A DNA stretch of 53,601 nt, counting the filler, from Catajapyx aquilonaris (lineage: Eukaryota), in NCBI GenBank assembly GCA_000934665.2. It is 2 parts of 2 records of this genome, joined end to end, with 100 filler letters (N's around TTAATTAATTAA, not from the genome) between each part and the next. Parts side by side here need not be neighbours in the genome. Positions count along the whole stretch, not along the records: positions 1 to 26,754 come from KZ539296.1; positions 26,855 to 53,601 come from JYFJ02005161.1. One strand, 5' to 3'. Positions 24,391 to 36,975 of this stretch are shown here, in pieces. Below the pieces are notes generated by a model. The model saw only the letters and a program-made list of their open reading frames with translations, was not told the DNA's origin and did not search any database. Position numbers and translations under genes: made by a program. Numbering within the stretch: position 1 is the first letter of the stretch; every line of letters begins with the position of its first letter.

Positions 24391-24864
24391 ATGTCCACTC
24401 GGGATGCAACCTCCGACCAACACAAGTGTCGTTGCTGCCGCCAGACATTCACGACACACTTGGAGCTACTAGTGCACAGCTTCACCCACAGCAGATGGGA
24501 CGAGGAGGCCAGGAGAAGGGAGGAAGCAGATGGAGCAGGAGATGGCCAAGTGACGGAAGAAGAAGGTCTGGAGGATGGAGTACTAAAGATGGAAATCAAA
24601 GTTGAGGTTGGCTGGACTTGGATGGTTGTTACATTGGGGAACATGGTGATAATGGACTCGTATTAATTTATTCTTAAGGAGGAAGGCCCAGCTCTGTGGC
24701 CATACCACGTCAAAGGAGAAGGCGATCAGGATGGGGCTACTGACGATGAACCTGGCGATGGTGGACATGTTGACAGCAGGGGAGGCCTTGAAACTTCTGT
24801 CGATTCACCATGGCAAAGTGTTAAGTCGGAAGAAGAGGACAAGGTCAAGGATGACGCACCTGAA
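24391..24864 (+). CDS. ZNF-like gene E, first two exons (24391-24606, 24679-24864); 3' part not visible
   Basis: N-terminal finger-like CRCCRQTFTTHLELLVHSFTH, acidic region with IKVE/VKGE/VKSE, phase-0 GT-AG intron, GTAAGT donor at 24865. No downstream exon found before the gap. Confidence 0.6.
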
Positions 24865-24979
24865 GTAAGTATATTGGGCTTGAGCAAGATGTAGGTGGAA
24901 TGGAAATTATTGTGATGTTTGGATGAGCAAAATGAGTGGGCCGTATACCTACCTTGTATATGAGTTACCGTTAATGAGA

Positions 24980-25747
24980 TAGATCAAAAACTTTCCCTTC
25001 AGTAAAAAAAAGAGAAGTAAGACCTCCGCGGCGGAATGAAAGTACTGAAACAAGGCAGGCGCACGTAAGACCTTCACCAATTGATTTAAGCTGTACCATA
25101 GGTCTTACTCAAGCAATTACCAATTTACTGCTCATGAAATCTCCTTTCTGAAAACAAATTTGTGGAATTTCTGTCGTACTACTAGTTACTTCTAACTTAG
25201 CAGTACCAGTGTAGTGCAATGGTACTGCTAAGTTAATAGTAATAGTAGTATGACGAAAATTTCACCCATTAATTTTCCATGAGCCACTCCATATAAGTGT
25301 TTTATGACATTAGGAACTTCAATATTAAGCACATTGAATTTATATGCGATTGGTGCGAATTATTGCCATGAAACATTCATGCAGAATCGGCACCCCTTTT
25401 AGATGTGGATTTTAACTCTAACGTTTAATTTTTCACATGTAAACGCTAATAATTGGAGAATTTTAGAGGGTCTTTTCCGATTGGGCCAAGTCTGTTAGAA
25501 TGGGTCTAGTTTTTCCACCATTTTTTTTCTTTTCATAATAAAATCCTACCTACTGCTCTGAGTAGTTTGCAGCAGTAATTTTACGAGACGTTCCATACCG
25601 TACTTGAGAATTGCTTGAGTAAGACCTATAGTACAGCTTAAATCAATTGGTGAAGGTCTTACGTGCGCCTGCCTTGTTTCAGTACCTTCATTCCGCCGCG
25701 GAGGTCTTACTTCTCTTTTTTTTACTGAAGGGAAAGTTTTTGATCTA
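24980..25747. mobile_element. foldback element with ~138-bp TIRs, copy 2
   Basis: Highly similar to 15814-16607. Confidence 0.85.
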
Positions 25748-25925
25748 ATTTCAGTTCTTTTTTGACAGTACACGTAACTTATGCTGCACAATGAATGCAT
25801 TGTAGACGATTTTCGTCGCTTAGAAGTCCCTAAAATTATTTTCACAGAGATAGTCGTAAAAAAAACGAAAGTTGAGTGCTACCAGCCAACGGTTAGTCTG
25901 ATTTAATTAGTCTGGCTTAATAGTA

Positions 25926-26355
25926 CAGTTGAATCCGGATAAAACAAACTTCAAGAGACTGCAGAAAAGGTATGTTATAGCAGAGGTCTGTTATAGCTGA
26001 ATCGTCACGCAACGAAAACATAAATTTCTGATTTCAATATGGCTGTACTATGCACTACTAGACTACATACCGATTAATGATATCTGTCACAAATGCAATA
26101 TTGGCTCACCCGAAAATTATGCAGGACCAAATTATCCGAAATTTCCTTTTGCCGTCTCCTTTTTGCAAATTTTATACCTGGAAAACAATATTTTCCCACT
26201 GAGGGTCCAAGAAATGGTCTGTTATACCCGAGGTGAGGTGAAAATGAGTCTGTTATATCAGGAGTGAAAATACACAGTGCCTAATGGAAGCATGCCGGGA
26301 CAGCCTTTATAACCAAGTCTGTTATAGCGGAGGCTGTTATATCCGGATTCAACTG
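25926..26355. mobile_element. Tc1/mariner-pogo type MITE, copy 2
   Basis: TA-CAGTTGAATCCGGAT...ATCCGGATTCAACTG-TA. Confidence 0.8.
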
Positions 26356-26369
26356 TAAATCCCCATATA

Positions 26370-26754
26370 CAGGGTGTTTACGACCTAACTTTACAAACTT
26401 CCAGGGGTAATAGAGGGGACCAAGACAAACATTTTTGACATAGGAAACCGTGTCCGGAAACGCCATCTAGAGGGGGTTCATAGACGAGGAACGGGTGCGC
26501 TCAGACGCGTCACGCGAGAGGCGCTAGTCGAGCGGACTGTTTTGTTGATAGATGGCGCCCAGTTGTTGCCAGGTTATGGCGTATCGCGTCGTTGTACGCA
26601 AACAACAACGCGATACGCCATAACCTGGCAACAACAGAACCGCTGTTGACTATCCGTGCGTCTCCTAGGAGGCGGACTTTAGTTGCTAGATGGCTCTGCT
26701 GTTGCCACGTTATGGCACATCGCATCGTTGGTTACTATCCGAGCGCCATCTATC
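26370..26754. mobile_element. mariner-like element left end with internal hairpin, truncated by the gap
   Basis: TA-CAGGGTG start; perfect 28-bp inverted repeat at 26562-26589 / 26608-26635. Confidence 0.55.
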
Positions 26755-26854
26755 NNNNNNNNNNNNNNNNNNNNNNNNNNNNNNNNNNNNNNNNNNNNTT
26801 AATTAATTAANNNNNNNNNNNNNNNNNNNNNNNNNNNNNNNNNNNNNNNNNNNN
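26755..26854. other. assembly gap with artificial TTAATTAATTAA linker
   Basis: 44 N + TTAATTAATTAA + 44 N; the 12-mer places stops in all six frames. Confidence 0.85.
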
Positions 26855-27573
26855 ACTTAAATAGCCTGCAAGACTGGTCTATTCCCCATCTGCCAAGGTC
26901 AAGTCTACGATATTTTCCTGAGGTTACTTGACGGAAACCCAAACGACGATATGACGTCATCGTTTCTTACATTGTTGCTTTTTGTTGCTCCAGTTTACTC
27001 CTATTGTTCTGTGAGGGTATTTCCATGGAAATCTTGATGACGTCAGATCGCCGTTTCATTTTCAGCACTGTAGAATCGCATCGTGTCGTATCGTATTCAA
27101 CGAAGTTATTGTCTCATTTCCCGCTGGCCATTGAGGGAGTCTACTCAAATCACGCTCGCATGATTTGCCAATCTAGTTTACAATGTGTAATGAAATCACC
27201 TCCAGCGGCACTATAGTTGACAATTCGCAAATTTTAGCCTGTACACGAAGTGTCTAGAAATGATACACGGACAGTTTGAGACACGGCTCCCCCCTCCCCC
27301 CCTCCTGCCATTCTGTCCACTTCAGAATGCTGCTGTACCTATCGTAAGTAGCGTCCATTACAAAAGGCTATTGAATTAAATANTGGGGTAGGATTAGCTC
27401 CGAAACTCGTCCTTCCAAAATACCTCGGGGTGGTTGAGACTTAAATAGCCTGCAAGACTGGTCTATTCCCCATCTGCCAAGGTCAAGTCTACGATATTTT
27501 CCTGAGGTTACTTGACGGAAACCCAAACGACGATAGGACGTCATCGTTTCTTACATTGTTGCTTTTTGTTGCT
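26855..27573 (+). repeat. ~135-bp direct duplication (26855-26989 and 27439-27573)
   Basis: Identical except for one mismatch; the first copy abuts the gap. Confidence 0.85.
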
Positions 27574-27618
27574 ACAGTTTTGGCTTTGTTTGCTTGGTTA
27601 GTAAATATTTCCAAGTAA

Positions 27619-27860
27619 GAGAAATGCGCATTTTTGTGAATAGCACGGGTGAGATGATGTGATGATGTCAACTCTGCCGGAAGACTATTTTCTTCACATA
27701 TTCTGGAATTGCTTTTGGTCGGGGCGAGGGGTACGCCCCACATGTTATGCTGTAGCTCCTGGAAAAAGACTGGCTGTGTGTGGTAGCAAGATAAAGACTA
27801 CATGCATTAACTCTCCAAGCTGCCAGAGATTTGCAAGCGTAACATGCGAGAAGAAAAATT
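27619..27860 (+). pseudogene. ionotropic receptor pseudogene fragment (S2 region)
   Basis: Aligns at DNA level with 44751-44995 of the intact IR (GAAATGCGC..TATTCTGGAAT..GGTCGGGG..CTCTCCAAGCTGCC..GCGTAACAT), with indels and stops. Confidence 0.85.
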
Positions 27861-29479
27861 TTCTTCTTTTTTATATTAGATTATTTAATAATCTAATATA
27901 AAAAATAATGATAAGGGAAATGTCTACTGGAGATTTGCATAAAAACTGGAGAACCTCAATTCGATACTTGCCAACTAGAAAAGGCTTTGTGCGTAAAAAG
28001 CGTGCGTCCCGTAAATGTAGCCGCCTCAATTGGTAACAAACTTTCACGTTTCACCAATATTGTTGTGTTTAAAAAATCATACAGGTACCACATACAGTAT
28101 TATGAGAAAGTATGTGCCTCACTGATACATAACTTAACAATAAATACCTATGTCATTGAGCTAGTAAAAAAATAAGCCGGATTAATTTTAAGCACTTCTG
28201 AGGAAGACTCAAGTTTCCGGATTTATCTTCTCGCGTATGGATGAACAAAAAATTGTCACGTGGCTCAGTTATGAAGTCAATGAATTGAATTATCTAAGGT
28301 CTAGAATCCAGATTAAACCACAGAAAATGGTTATTCCTATTCTCGGGTATCTAGAGACATAATGTCCACATATGTGGACATTATGTTCCAACCTCCAAGC
28401 CCCGCAGGGTGAAGGGGAAATATCTGAGCCTACCTGGCTTGGCACCACAAACATAATACAGTACTGTAATTTATTCTCAAAATGTCAATATTTGGGGGCC
28501 CAGTTTCGGCAACTTTGAAAGTCTGCATCCTATTTCTGTAGTCGAGTACTTCCTCAAGAAATCACTAAACTTCCAAGGTCTGTTTTTGTTCAGTAGGGAG
28601 GGGAAAAGAGGAGATATTGAACCCAGGCCTTGTCCTAGTAGCGGTCGACCTTGGCTGGAGCTTACTGCAGATGGTAGTTGGGGTCAGTTGGGTCAGAGAG
28701 GGGAGTGACCGGACAGGAATGTGGTTGCGAAAGCGAAGTGTTGCACTCTTGTGATGTGTGTGTGTGACCTAAACTGCCTTATACAAGAGGTGCTCAGATG
28801 CGTTACATTACGAACCTAATGCCACTTTTCTGGCTGCGAAGGTTTTGCTTTCCGACCATGTTGTAGTAGGCAGGGCTTTGTCATATTCTGGGTTGGGGGT
28901 GGGTGGGGGTAGACTCATCGACGGGGGAAGGATTCCAAGGTCATGAAAGGGAAAGGTGCTTTCGGGTGCTTTGGAGGAGGGGACACTATTTTTAAGGGGT
29001 TCTTCTCCACATTGTGCTGAAGGCGGGTGGAGGGAAGGCAGAAAGACTAGAAACCAGTTCATGCTTCGTGCTTGTACAGTACGAGTTGGACTTTGGACCT
29101 GCCTGCTGCCTCATTCCAGCATACAGCTCACCACATAGTGCACGTCTGGGCTTACATGATCAGCGGGCCGCTTGTAAGGTGAGCACAGACAGGCCTTTGG
29201 CCTGGTTGGTATGGTTGCGGGGGCATGAAGAGACGGGAGACTGTTCTCATTCACTCTTTATTCCAGAAAAAGGTGCAGAGTTAGAAGAGAGAGACCCATA
29301 CCCCATATCCAGATATGAAAATTATGAAATTGGGGAGATTCACCTGCCCATGCTGTCCGGACGAGGTCTTCAAAAGGAGGATTGATCTGATGGCACACAG
29401 CTTATTCACTCACTCCAAGTGTGACAGGGTCAAGGTGGAGCCAGAGGAGGAGGAAACCAGTGGAGGTCACCATCAGGTT

Positions 29480-30130
29480 CACTAAGGAGGAGGCGGAGAA
29501 GGTCAAGGAATGTCAAGCTGTCTTGGAGCTGACTGTAATATTAGAGGAACATTCATTACAAAAATGTCTTCAGTTGTGCAAGGGCTTCTGCAATAGGTAT
29601 GAATCAGACTAGCCACAGTGAGTATATACTTTCGGAAGCATTACCTAGACAGGCCAGAAGTGTGGGCTATGTGTTTCAACAATTTTGAGCAGGGTCGTAC
29701 AGATTCCAAGATGTACTGCGAGTCCCTCCATAACAAAATCAACACAGTTTATTTGGAGATACAACCAAACAAACTGTTGGACACTTTAGTAAATTTGTTA
29801 ATGAAAATTGATGAGGACATACGAATGCAGCATACGGTACCCACAATACTTTGCCAAGAAAGCCCCATATAATAAATATTTCAGAAAGTAAAGGCATTTA
29901 AAGCCGGCATGAAAGGGGTATGAGCATTTCCATATATCGATCATGTGTGATGTAGTTTGCATGAGTAATATGGCTTGTGTTTTCAAAATCAGATCACAGT
30001 CCAACCTAGTACAATGTAAAACTCAAAATCTCTTTGTGCAATGCAGAGCATTGTTCTGAATATTGCTATGAAGCAGGTGCTTTGCACCATTGGGCCCTAG
30101 CCCCTTTGCAAGCACATTCATGAACTTCAC
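29480..30130 (+). mobile_element. decayed MULE/Mutator transposase with SWIM-like finger
   Basis: YFRKHYLDRPEVWAMC..TDSKMYCESLHNKINTVYL..NKLLDTLVNLL matches the MULE C-terminal pattern (W-A..NxxESxH..L); downstream CKHIH at ~30106-30121; stops and frameshifts. Confidence 0.7.
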
Positions 30131-30529
30131 TCTCTTCTACAAACTGGTTGCAAGATTTATAAATACTAAGCAAAATGTTCCCATGTCTGTTCCAGAGTCC
30201 TTTAGCAATGTAGAGTCTAGAGACTCTAGACTATCATCACTTGATTCAGCATTATTTTGTGAACATTTCAGAGGCCTTCTTAGAAAGCCTCACATTCAAA
30301 AGTGGTATTTAGCATAGGCAGAGAGCAAAATTAACGAATTACTTTTGGGCCTTCAGGCTGTTGACAAACAATGTGAACTAGGATTACGACGTACTCTCTT
30401 GGAGGTCACTTGGAGCCAAAAGTCAAGTTTCATGGAAGGGTGAACCTGAAAACGGCAATCTTCCACTGCTGGAATTTACCGGACCTCTAAAAGTACAGCA
30501 CTGCAATTAGTCATTTCACCAAGCCGATA

Positions 30530-30533
<4 letters not shown>

Positions 30534-30581
<48 letters not shown>
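30534..30581. repeat. (AG)n microsatellite
   Basis: Direct reading. Confidence 0.95.
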
Positions 30582-30586
<5 letters not shown>

Positions 30587-33500
30587 CACAAATGTTACTG
30601 GAAAGTGCAAATTTAGCATTCCTGAAGTACAATATTTTACTCCATAACTGTGTTAGTGCTGCTTCCCCAGTGCTTGGCCCTTGATCAGAAAGCAATATAA
30701 CTATCCTTGGCATATATGAAGTATTTGAAGAACTTGAGCGCTCCACACATAAAAATGAACTTGCTCTTGCCAAATCCAAAGACGCTGATTTTACAGTAGG
30801 ATTGGCTCTATGACTGCATAATAGAAGCCTTTTTGAAACGACTGGAATATATTTACACAAATACTCTAGTGGGAGATGGCAATAACACATTAGATTTTCT
30901 TTAAAAACCATGTAATACAAGGGGCATGGATGGTTGTAACCCAACTGATGGGTCCTCTTCTACCATTCTGCCAAGAGTGTAGGACCTTACTTGCTGCGTA
31001 ATTTCCAAACATGTCGTATTGCAGGCGAAATTGTGTAGTCCTTTTAAGTTTATGGAATGCGGAGAGATTTTTGTGAACAAATAAGTGAGGATTGGTGGAC
31101 CATGGTGTGGTATTGGATCCGCACTATTGTTGTGTAGCCTATACATAAGAGACCTGAGATACTGTAACAGGCGAACCAATCAGCAAAATAACTACTGCAT
31201 TATATCATAACTATGTCGAAAAGTATAAATAAGAATTCTGGCTGAATTCCACGTGGAAACAGTGGTTCCAGAAATCTACTGAAAACTCAGGCCAGAGTTA
31301 AAATAATATTAGGAACGAAGTCATTGTTTACTGAAGAGTGATTCCACACCAATCTTATAATAAAATAATAATTGATTTTTTTGTAGCTCTCCGTCCAGGA
31401 TTTTCAATAAAACAATCATGGGTGTTCATAATATTTTTAAGTTAATGTATAATTATGTCAATATGCAAATCTCATAGTTTTCCTGTAAAACCAAAATAAA
31501 TATATAAGTTTATGCATCAGTCAAAAACAGCACTTTTCCAATGTCCCTCGCAAAATCCCTTCCAAATGCCACGTTTTAATGTGTGAAGTTAAGAGTAATA
31601 AATTGTGAAAGTAGTAAATTGTGAATATTTTACGATATCTAGCATGTCCGCGTAATTTGAAATTAAATATGACGAAATGTGAAACATCGCCGTTATTTAC
31701 TGCATGACAACAGTGCTCGGATTTGCATTATTGGTGAACCCATATTTTATAGTTATTATGACCATCATTTAGTGGCTACCTACAATGCTAATGTGAAGAC
31801 AATGTGTCGTTGCTATTTTAGAAAATATTGGTCAAAATTGTCGTAAATCATTAAAATTGCGATATTTAGTCTCGAATATATCCATATAGGGTTGGAGCTG
31901 GACCGACTTTATTATTATTCATGGACAACCATTAAACAAGGCTAGTTGGAACGTATGTATTCCGACAAGGACATATGAATTTAAAAAATCCATGCATTAC
32001 AGATAGTCGTGTATAAGCACGGTAACTGCGTCCGTGGGCGATTCAAATTTAACCGCACCCCGTGCATTTCGCAATCCTTCTTCAGTGTACTAATTAATAG
32101 TACATGACCCTCTTTTATCCGGGAGTACGATTCCCTTCCGGAATTGACGTCATTACTATGAGTCGTCGTCTGTTTCGCAACATGTTGGGGCTGTTTATAA
32201 AAGAGTATCATAGCATGTGTGTATTGTGTCCTTTTAAAATAGAAACATGTCAATGAAATCTCGGGACCTTTTGAACACGTTTGGTAGGATAAAACCGTGC
32301 TGAGAAATGGCAGTAGTTTTGGCCTATTTTAAAACACATCAGTCTGAGGAGACATTTTCTTCATCTTTTGGCCTTTTTCTCCTACATAACACAGCCTATC
32401 CCACCATGAAGCATAGTTTGTTACTCTTGTCACCTCTTGATTCCTCTTCCCATTCCCGTGCATGGCAGGACTGACAGCTCAACCCCTTGTGCCAGCCATT
32501 ACTCAGCTTCCGTGACCGCGGCCACCGAGCCGCCAGGTGTCGGCTACTTCTATACGGGTCTTGCCAATAAGCGAAATACATCCGATATGTACGTATACCT
32601 CAAGTTTGGCGGGGAGTCAGCCATATTGTTGCAAAGGCCATCAAATGTGATATCAACCAGGAAGTTTTTTAAACAAGCATATTAGAAAAAAAGCAAGTTT
32701 AATATAATTTACACTGTACTCCCTATTATCCGTGCTAATGAATGCATTGGTGTGCCCGGATAATCGGAAAACATGGATAATCGGAAAATGGCCATAGATA
32801 CCAATAAAATGAACTATTTGGAGGTTTTTAATGAACTGCTGTACATAGTGTATGCTGCTTCAAATACGTTTAATCAAAGTGTAGCCTAATAAAATTTACC
32901 ATAAATATTATTTTAGTTTCTCTCCTATAGATAAAGTATGTTACATTTCTTTGTTTGCGAGACATATGACGAGGGCTGACGTCGACGCGGAGCGGTCTTG
33001 TATGGTCCAGGTAAGCCCAATATTAAGTATCGAAAATGCAATCATAGGCAAGGAGCATTCCGCTTGCCAACAGATTCTACGGAAGGGACCTTTGGCATTA
33101 ACACTGTAAGAAATGCTTTCTTATGGTCGCAGCTCCTGGAAAAGAATTCATCATGTTCACAACAATGTCACTGCTTAATTCACATTCCTTTATTTTTATT
33201 TCAATAACACATAATAAATTTGACATCTCTAATCCGTTGATAGAGTAAGACTTCGGCGATGTTAAATGAGTCTTGGCACATTTAAACTCAATCCCAACTC
33301 CTCATCCACCCTGAATACTGCATATTATAGACTCATTAGTAGTTAAACATCGGCGAACTACGCCACTCCGATTTGGGAATTAGCTGAATCAGATCACATC
33401 CCAGCTGAAAAAGTCCCCCCAACTGAAAGGGACTCTAGCCTCATTTTTCCAGGAAATACAGTAATCTGACAAGTGTCACTGCGCTGGACGTTATTGTTTT

Positions 33501-33947
33501 GAACGGACCGAGCCCCTTGTAACGGGCTACGGGCTTCCATGTTTATTGCACTTTTCCTGTTGCCTTCCTTCCGATCAAAGCTTCGCCGCATCTGAATAAC
33601 CCAACCCAACTTCTGGCCATCGTGAGCGGCAGCTTCAGCTAAAAGAGGGTCCCGTTTCAGGTTTGAACCGCGGCACTTCCCGACCGGGCCTCCTATAGCC
33701 TGACCGGATCGGGTCCGGCGCTAATCAGTAATCACTAATGAAGTAATGATGGGTGCACAAATTTATCTTAAAAATGTTCGGTTTAGAGGATAATCAAAAT
33801 TGAGGATAATTAACTTTGGTGACAATTTCCTACTGGGGGGGGGGAAATGGTAATCCTTGCTCCCCCACCCAAAAAACAGTGGGGGAGACCGCCCCCATGG
33901 TTCCGACACCACAGCCTGGTGGCGAGTTGTATCTCGGAAGAATGATG

Positions 33948-34062
33948 GCCATGGGCAAGACTCCAAGGCCTGCCAAAAAAGGGTCCCCTCTTCCGAAAAC
34001 CGGACCTCTCCCTTTTATGACCTGCGACCTTTCCTTGTAACAGAACCCCCCACAAGCATGGT
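33948..34062 (-). repeat. copy of a ~115-145 bp block also at 36301-36408 and 42272-42416 (putative ZNF 5'/promoter block)
   Basis: Shared CCATGGGCAAGA..TTTTATGACCTGCGACC..CCTTG(T/C)AAC..AGCATGGTG. Confidence 0.7.
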
Positions 34063-34510
34063 GGGAATGACCTTTATGAATAAGTATATAGGGTAGTATG
34101 TATACGTCATTACGCTTCACTATTTTTTCCAGCACTGTACGCATATACCAACACGTACTATTGTACAAACGCACTTACAGTGCATAGATTGTAATAATTA
34201 TTTTTTGAGTGTATATAAATATTTTTTTGCCTCCAGAAGCACGCGGCAAAATTCAATTGCCCATCCGCAGGTGGCACTTTTACTTCTAGACAAATCTGGG
34301 CGTGGTCGTCTGTAGCAATTATTTTGGTTTACGCCTACACAGACCGTCGAATAATTTATTGTTTTCTATATTATATTGGCAAATTTATCGCATGAAGTTG
34401 CTTATTTTCAGTTGTTAATATCCGAATGGCGCATTTCAACTTCGAAGTAATGGGTCATATACGCTACACACAGTACAAATTACATTTGCGACAGAGATGA
34501 CGTCATAAAG

Positions 34511-34839
34511 CAGTGGTTCCCAACCTTTTCGGGCCTTCGTACCCCTTTGAGAGCAGTTGGTCCTTATACCCCCAACCAGGATGAAAAATTTACCGAATCC
34601 TTGACATTTAACTAATCCGCGATAATTGTGATAACTACCTTATAATCAATATTTTGGGACCAGGAATATGATGAAGTGAAAGAGCATTAAGTCATTTTTT
34701 TTCGATTTTATTCCAGCTAGCCTATATCCTTTGTGCATGAAGCCACTTATGGGCTGTGCTACGTCCAAAATTTCTCCATTTGGCCTCAGGAGTACTTCGC
34801 TCCGGACCCCCAAGGGGGACCCCTGGTTGGGAACCCCGG
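34511..34839. mobile_element. hAT (Charlie/Buster-type) MITE
   Basis: TIR CAGTGGTTCCCAACC / GGTTGGGAACCCCGG; 8-bp TSD TCATAAAG/ACATAAAG with central TA. Confidence 0.75.
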
Positions 34840-35821
34840 ACATAAAGCACGAGGTTAAAGTTCTTAACTTCCTGTCTATAAATGGTCACAATAGGGGGTA
34901 GCAAACTGTAGGCTACGTCTAGTTCTCTTGTAAGGCGGGATTGGAACAAAGCGTCGCGCTTTCGTTGGAAGAGGGAAAGGTCCAGATGTGACAATTAGCC
35001 TTCAAAGCACCGCAAAGCACCCCGCAGAGCAGTACCCCTGCCACAGATACTGGCACGTCCCATCACGTGGGTTCAATAAAAGTGGCCTCCTATTGCCTTT
35101 AGGACTCTTGTATCTGCTACTGTTTAGCAACTTTTCTTGGGAACATAAAATTCAAAATTTTGGAAAATTTAAAGTATATGCATATTTTATACAATAAATA
35201 TACAATATGCAGGCCAAAAATGTGTATTATATGTATACCACATACTTATGTGTATGTATATTTGTATACGTATATACTTGTATATAACTGCCCATCTCTG
35301 CTCCAGGCTGTGCCTGCCAAATCGTGGTACAGTATAGAATGATGCAGATTATATGAAAATATTAATTTACAAGCCTTAATAGTTATCCAGGTACCACATC
35401 AGTTCCGAGAGTTCAGATTATAGATGCCAGCAACATGCTAAAAAATATTTCATGTGTTGTCTCTTTATTTAGTCTACATATTAATTTCATTTGTGATGAT
35501 TTTAAATGGAAGGAGGGAATCCTGCCCAATATTATTTCGCTTTTCGGACATGCTAGGAACCTAGCAGTAGAATTTTTATTTTAAAAATTTAAAGGAATGG
35601 AGCCTAAATTTATAAATCATGTACGTATTGTACATTAAAACTAATATTCGTTGTAAATGATGCTTGCATGAGGTGTGGCAACAGAGCAATATAATATACC
35701 TAGTAATAAGCCATCGTTACATCGCACTTCCCTGTCCCAGCACGGATTTAGGTAAAAATTAGATTCAGGGAAAAATGCGTTACTCAAAAAATTAGGCCAT
35801 TTGTATTTGAAATGAAAAAAA

Positions 35822-36975
35822 TGCAGAATTCCAAACTTGATCCTGTATCACAAATCAAGAAACTGGACCGAAAAACCTGAGTATTCCATTCTACGTGTAA
35901 GCTTACTATTAGAAACAGCTTGCACTAAATAAATGAGTGTGCAATGCAATAGAGACGATGCATGAGCTGGTAAAATCCGGCAAAAGTGATTTGGCATTTG
36001 AACATGTCCAATGCTGCTTCTCACCTGGATTTGCCAATTCAGGTCTGGACTTGGATCAGTCCACATGTAAGGTGCACCCACTGCCCCAACAACAGGAGGC
36101 TTGATCTGTTGGAACACACTCCAGGTGGGACAGGGGTCAATGTGGAGGTCAAAGAGGGGCCAAAGGAAGTTGTTGGGGGAGAAGACGAGGTGGTGCCCTA
36201 GAGGTCAGCAGATTAGTTGAAGAAGAGGGTCCTGGAGTCTAGCCAGGGAGGAGGAGGAAGACTATGTAAGTGCGGTGATGAGCTGGTATCTGCAAATTTG
36301 CCACGGGCAAGAGCCCGCCAAAAAGGGTTTCCTTCTTCCTAAAACGGGACCTTTCGATTATATGACTGCGGTGACCCTTGTAACTGGATCCGACCACTTA
36401 GCATGGTGTAGGGAAGGAGAACCTTTCCAACAGTAAGTGGAAAAGACCGACACTCCAGGCTTTTTGTGTGCAATCACCATTTCATGACACACATATGCTT
36501 ACGCTGAAGGTCGTTGTTGTAATGGGACAAGACATCATTTCATAGGAATGTTTTGAAAAAATACATTTAATTTATTGTGAACCATAAAATCAGAAAAATC
36601 AATATCACAATATTGAAGGGTGTGGTCCAAGAAGGGGGTAAGTCCATTTTTGATAGATGTTCATTTATGCACCATACCCTTTATTATTACATTGAGTTAT
36701 GTAAAAATGGCGAAATGATCAAAGGTACTATTTTTTCCGAAACAAATTCATTTTTCCCAAAAGGTCAATACTTTCATAGAGTGACGTAATTCAACACAAC
36801 TAGGTTCTATAGAAGTCCATTAATTGAGTTAATGGCCGTCCCCTCATCACCCTTCCATCACCCACCGTCATCTTTGAACAATATTTACAATAATGTACTA
36901 CGCATCACAGCAGTCCTTGCACAATGACAATCATCGCTGTTCCTCTGACGGTTGCTTCCCTGTTGTGAGTGTTGA
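35822..36975. pseudogene. decayed duplicate of the 40.3-43.2 kb block (ZNF 5' region plus IR promoter/start)
   Basis: 35822-35930 matches 40290-40395; 35991-36034 matches 41619-41661; 36066-36212 matches inverted 41974-42140; 36301-36408 matches 42272-42416; 36922-36966 matches the IR start at 43191-43237. Confidence 0.65.

Noticed and set aside
28500..29400. GC-richer stretch with several short ORFs, possibly a LINE ORF1 remnant
   Set aside because: No recognisable motif held up in any frame.
30516..31179. Two consecutive - strand ORFs (142 and 92 aa)
   Set aside because: No domain signal; one runs through the (AG)n repeat. More likely the antisense of the decayed 3' part of the MULE element.
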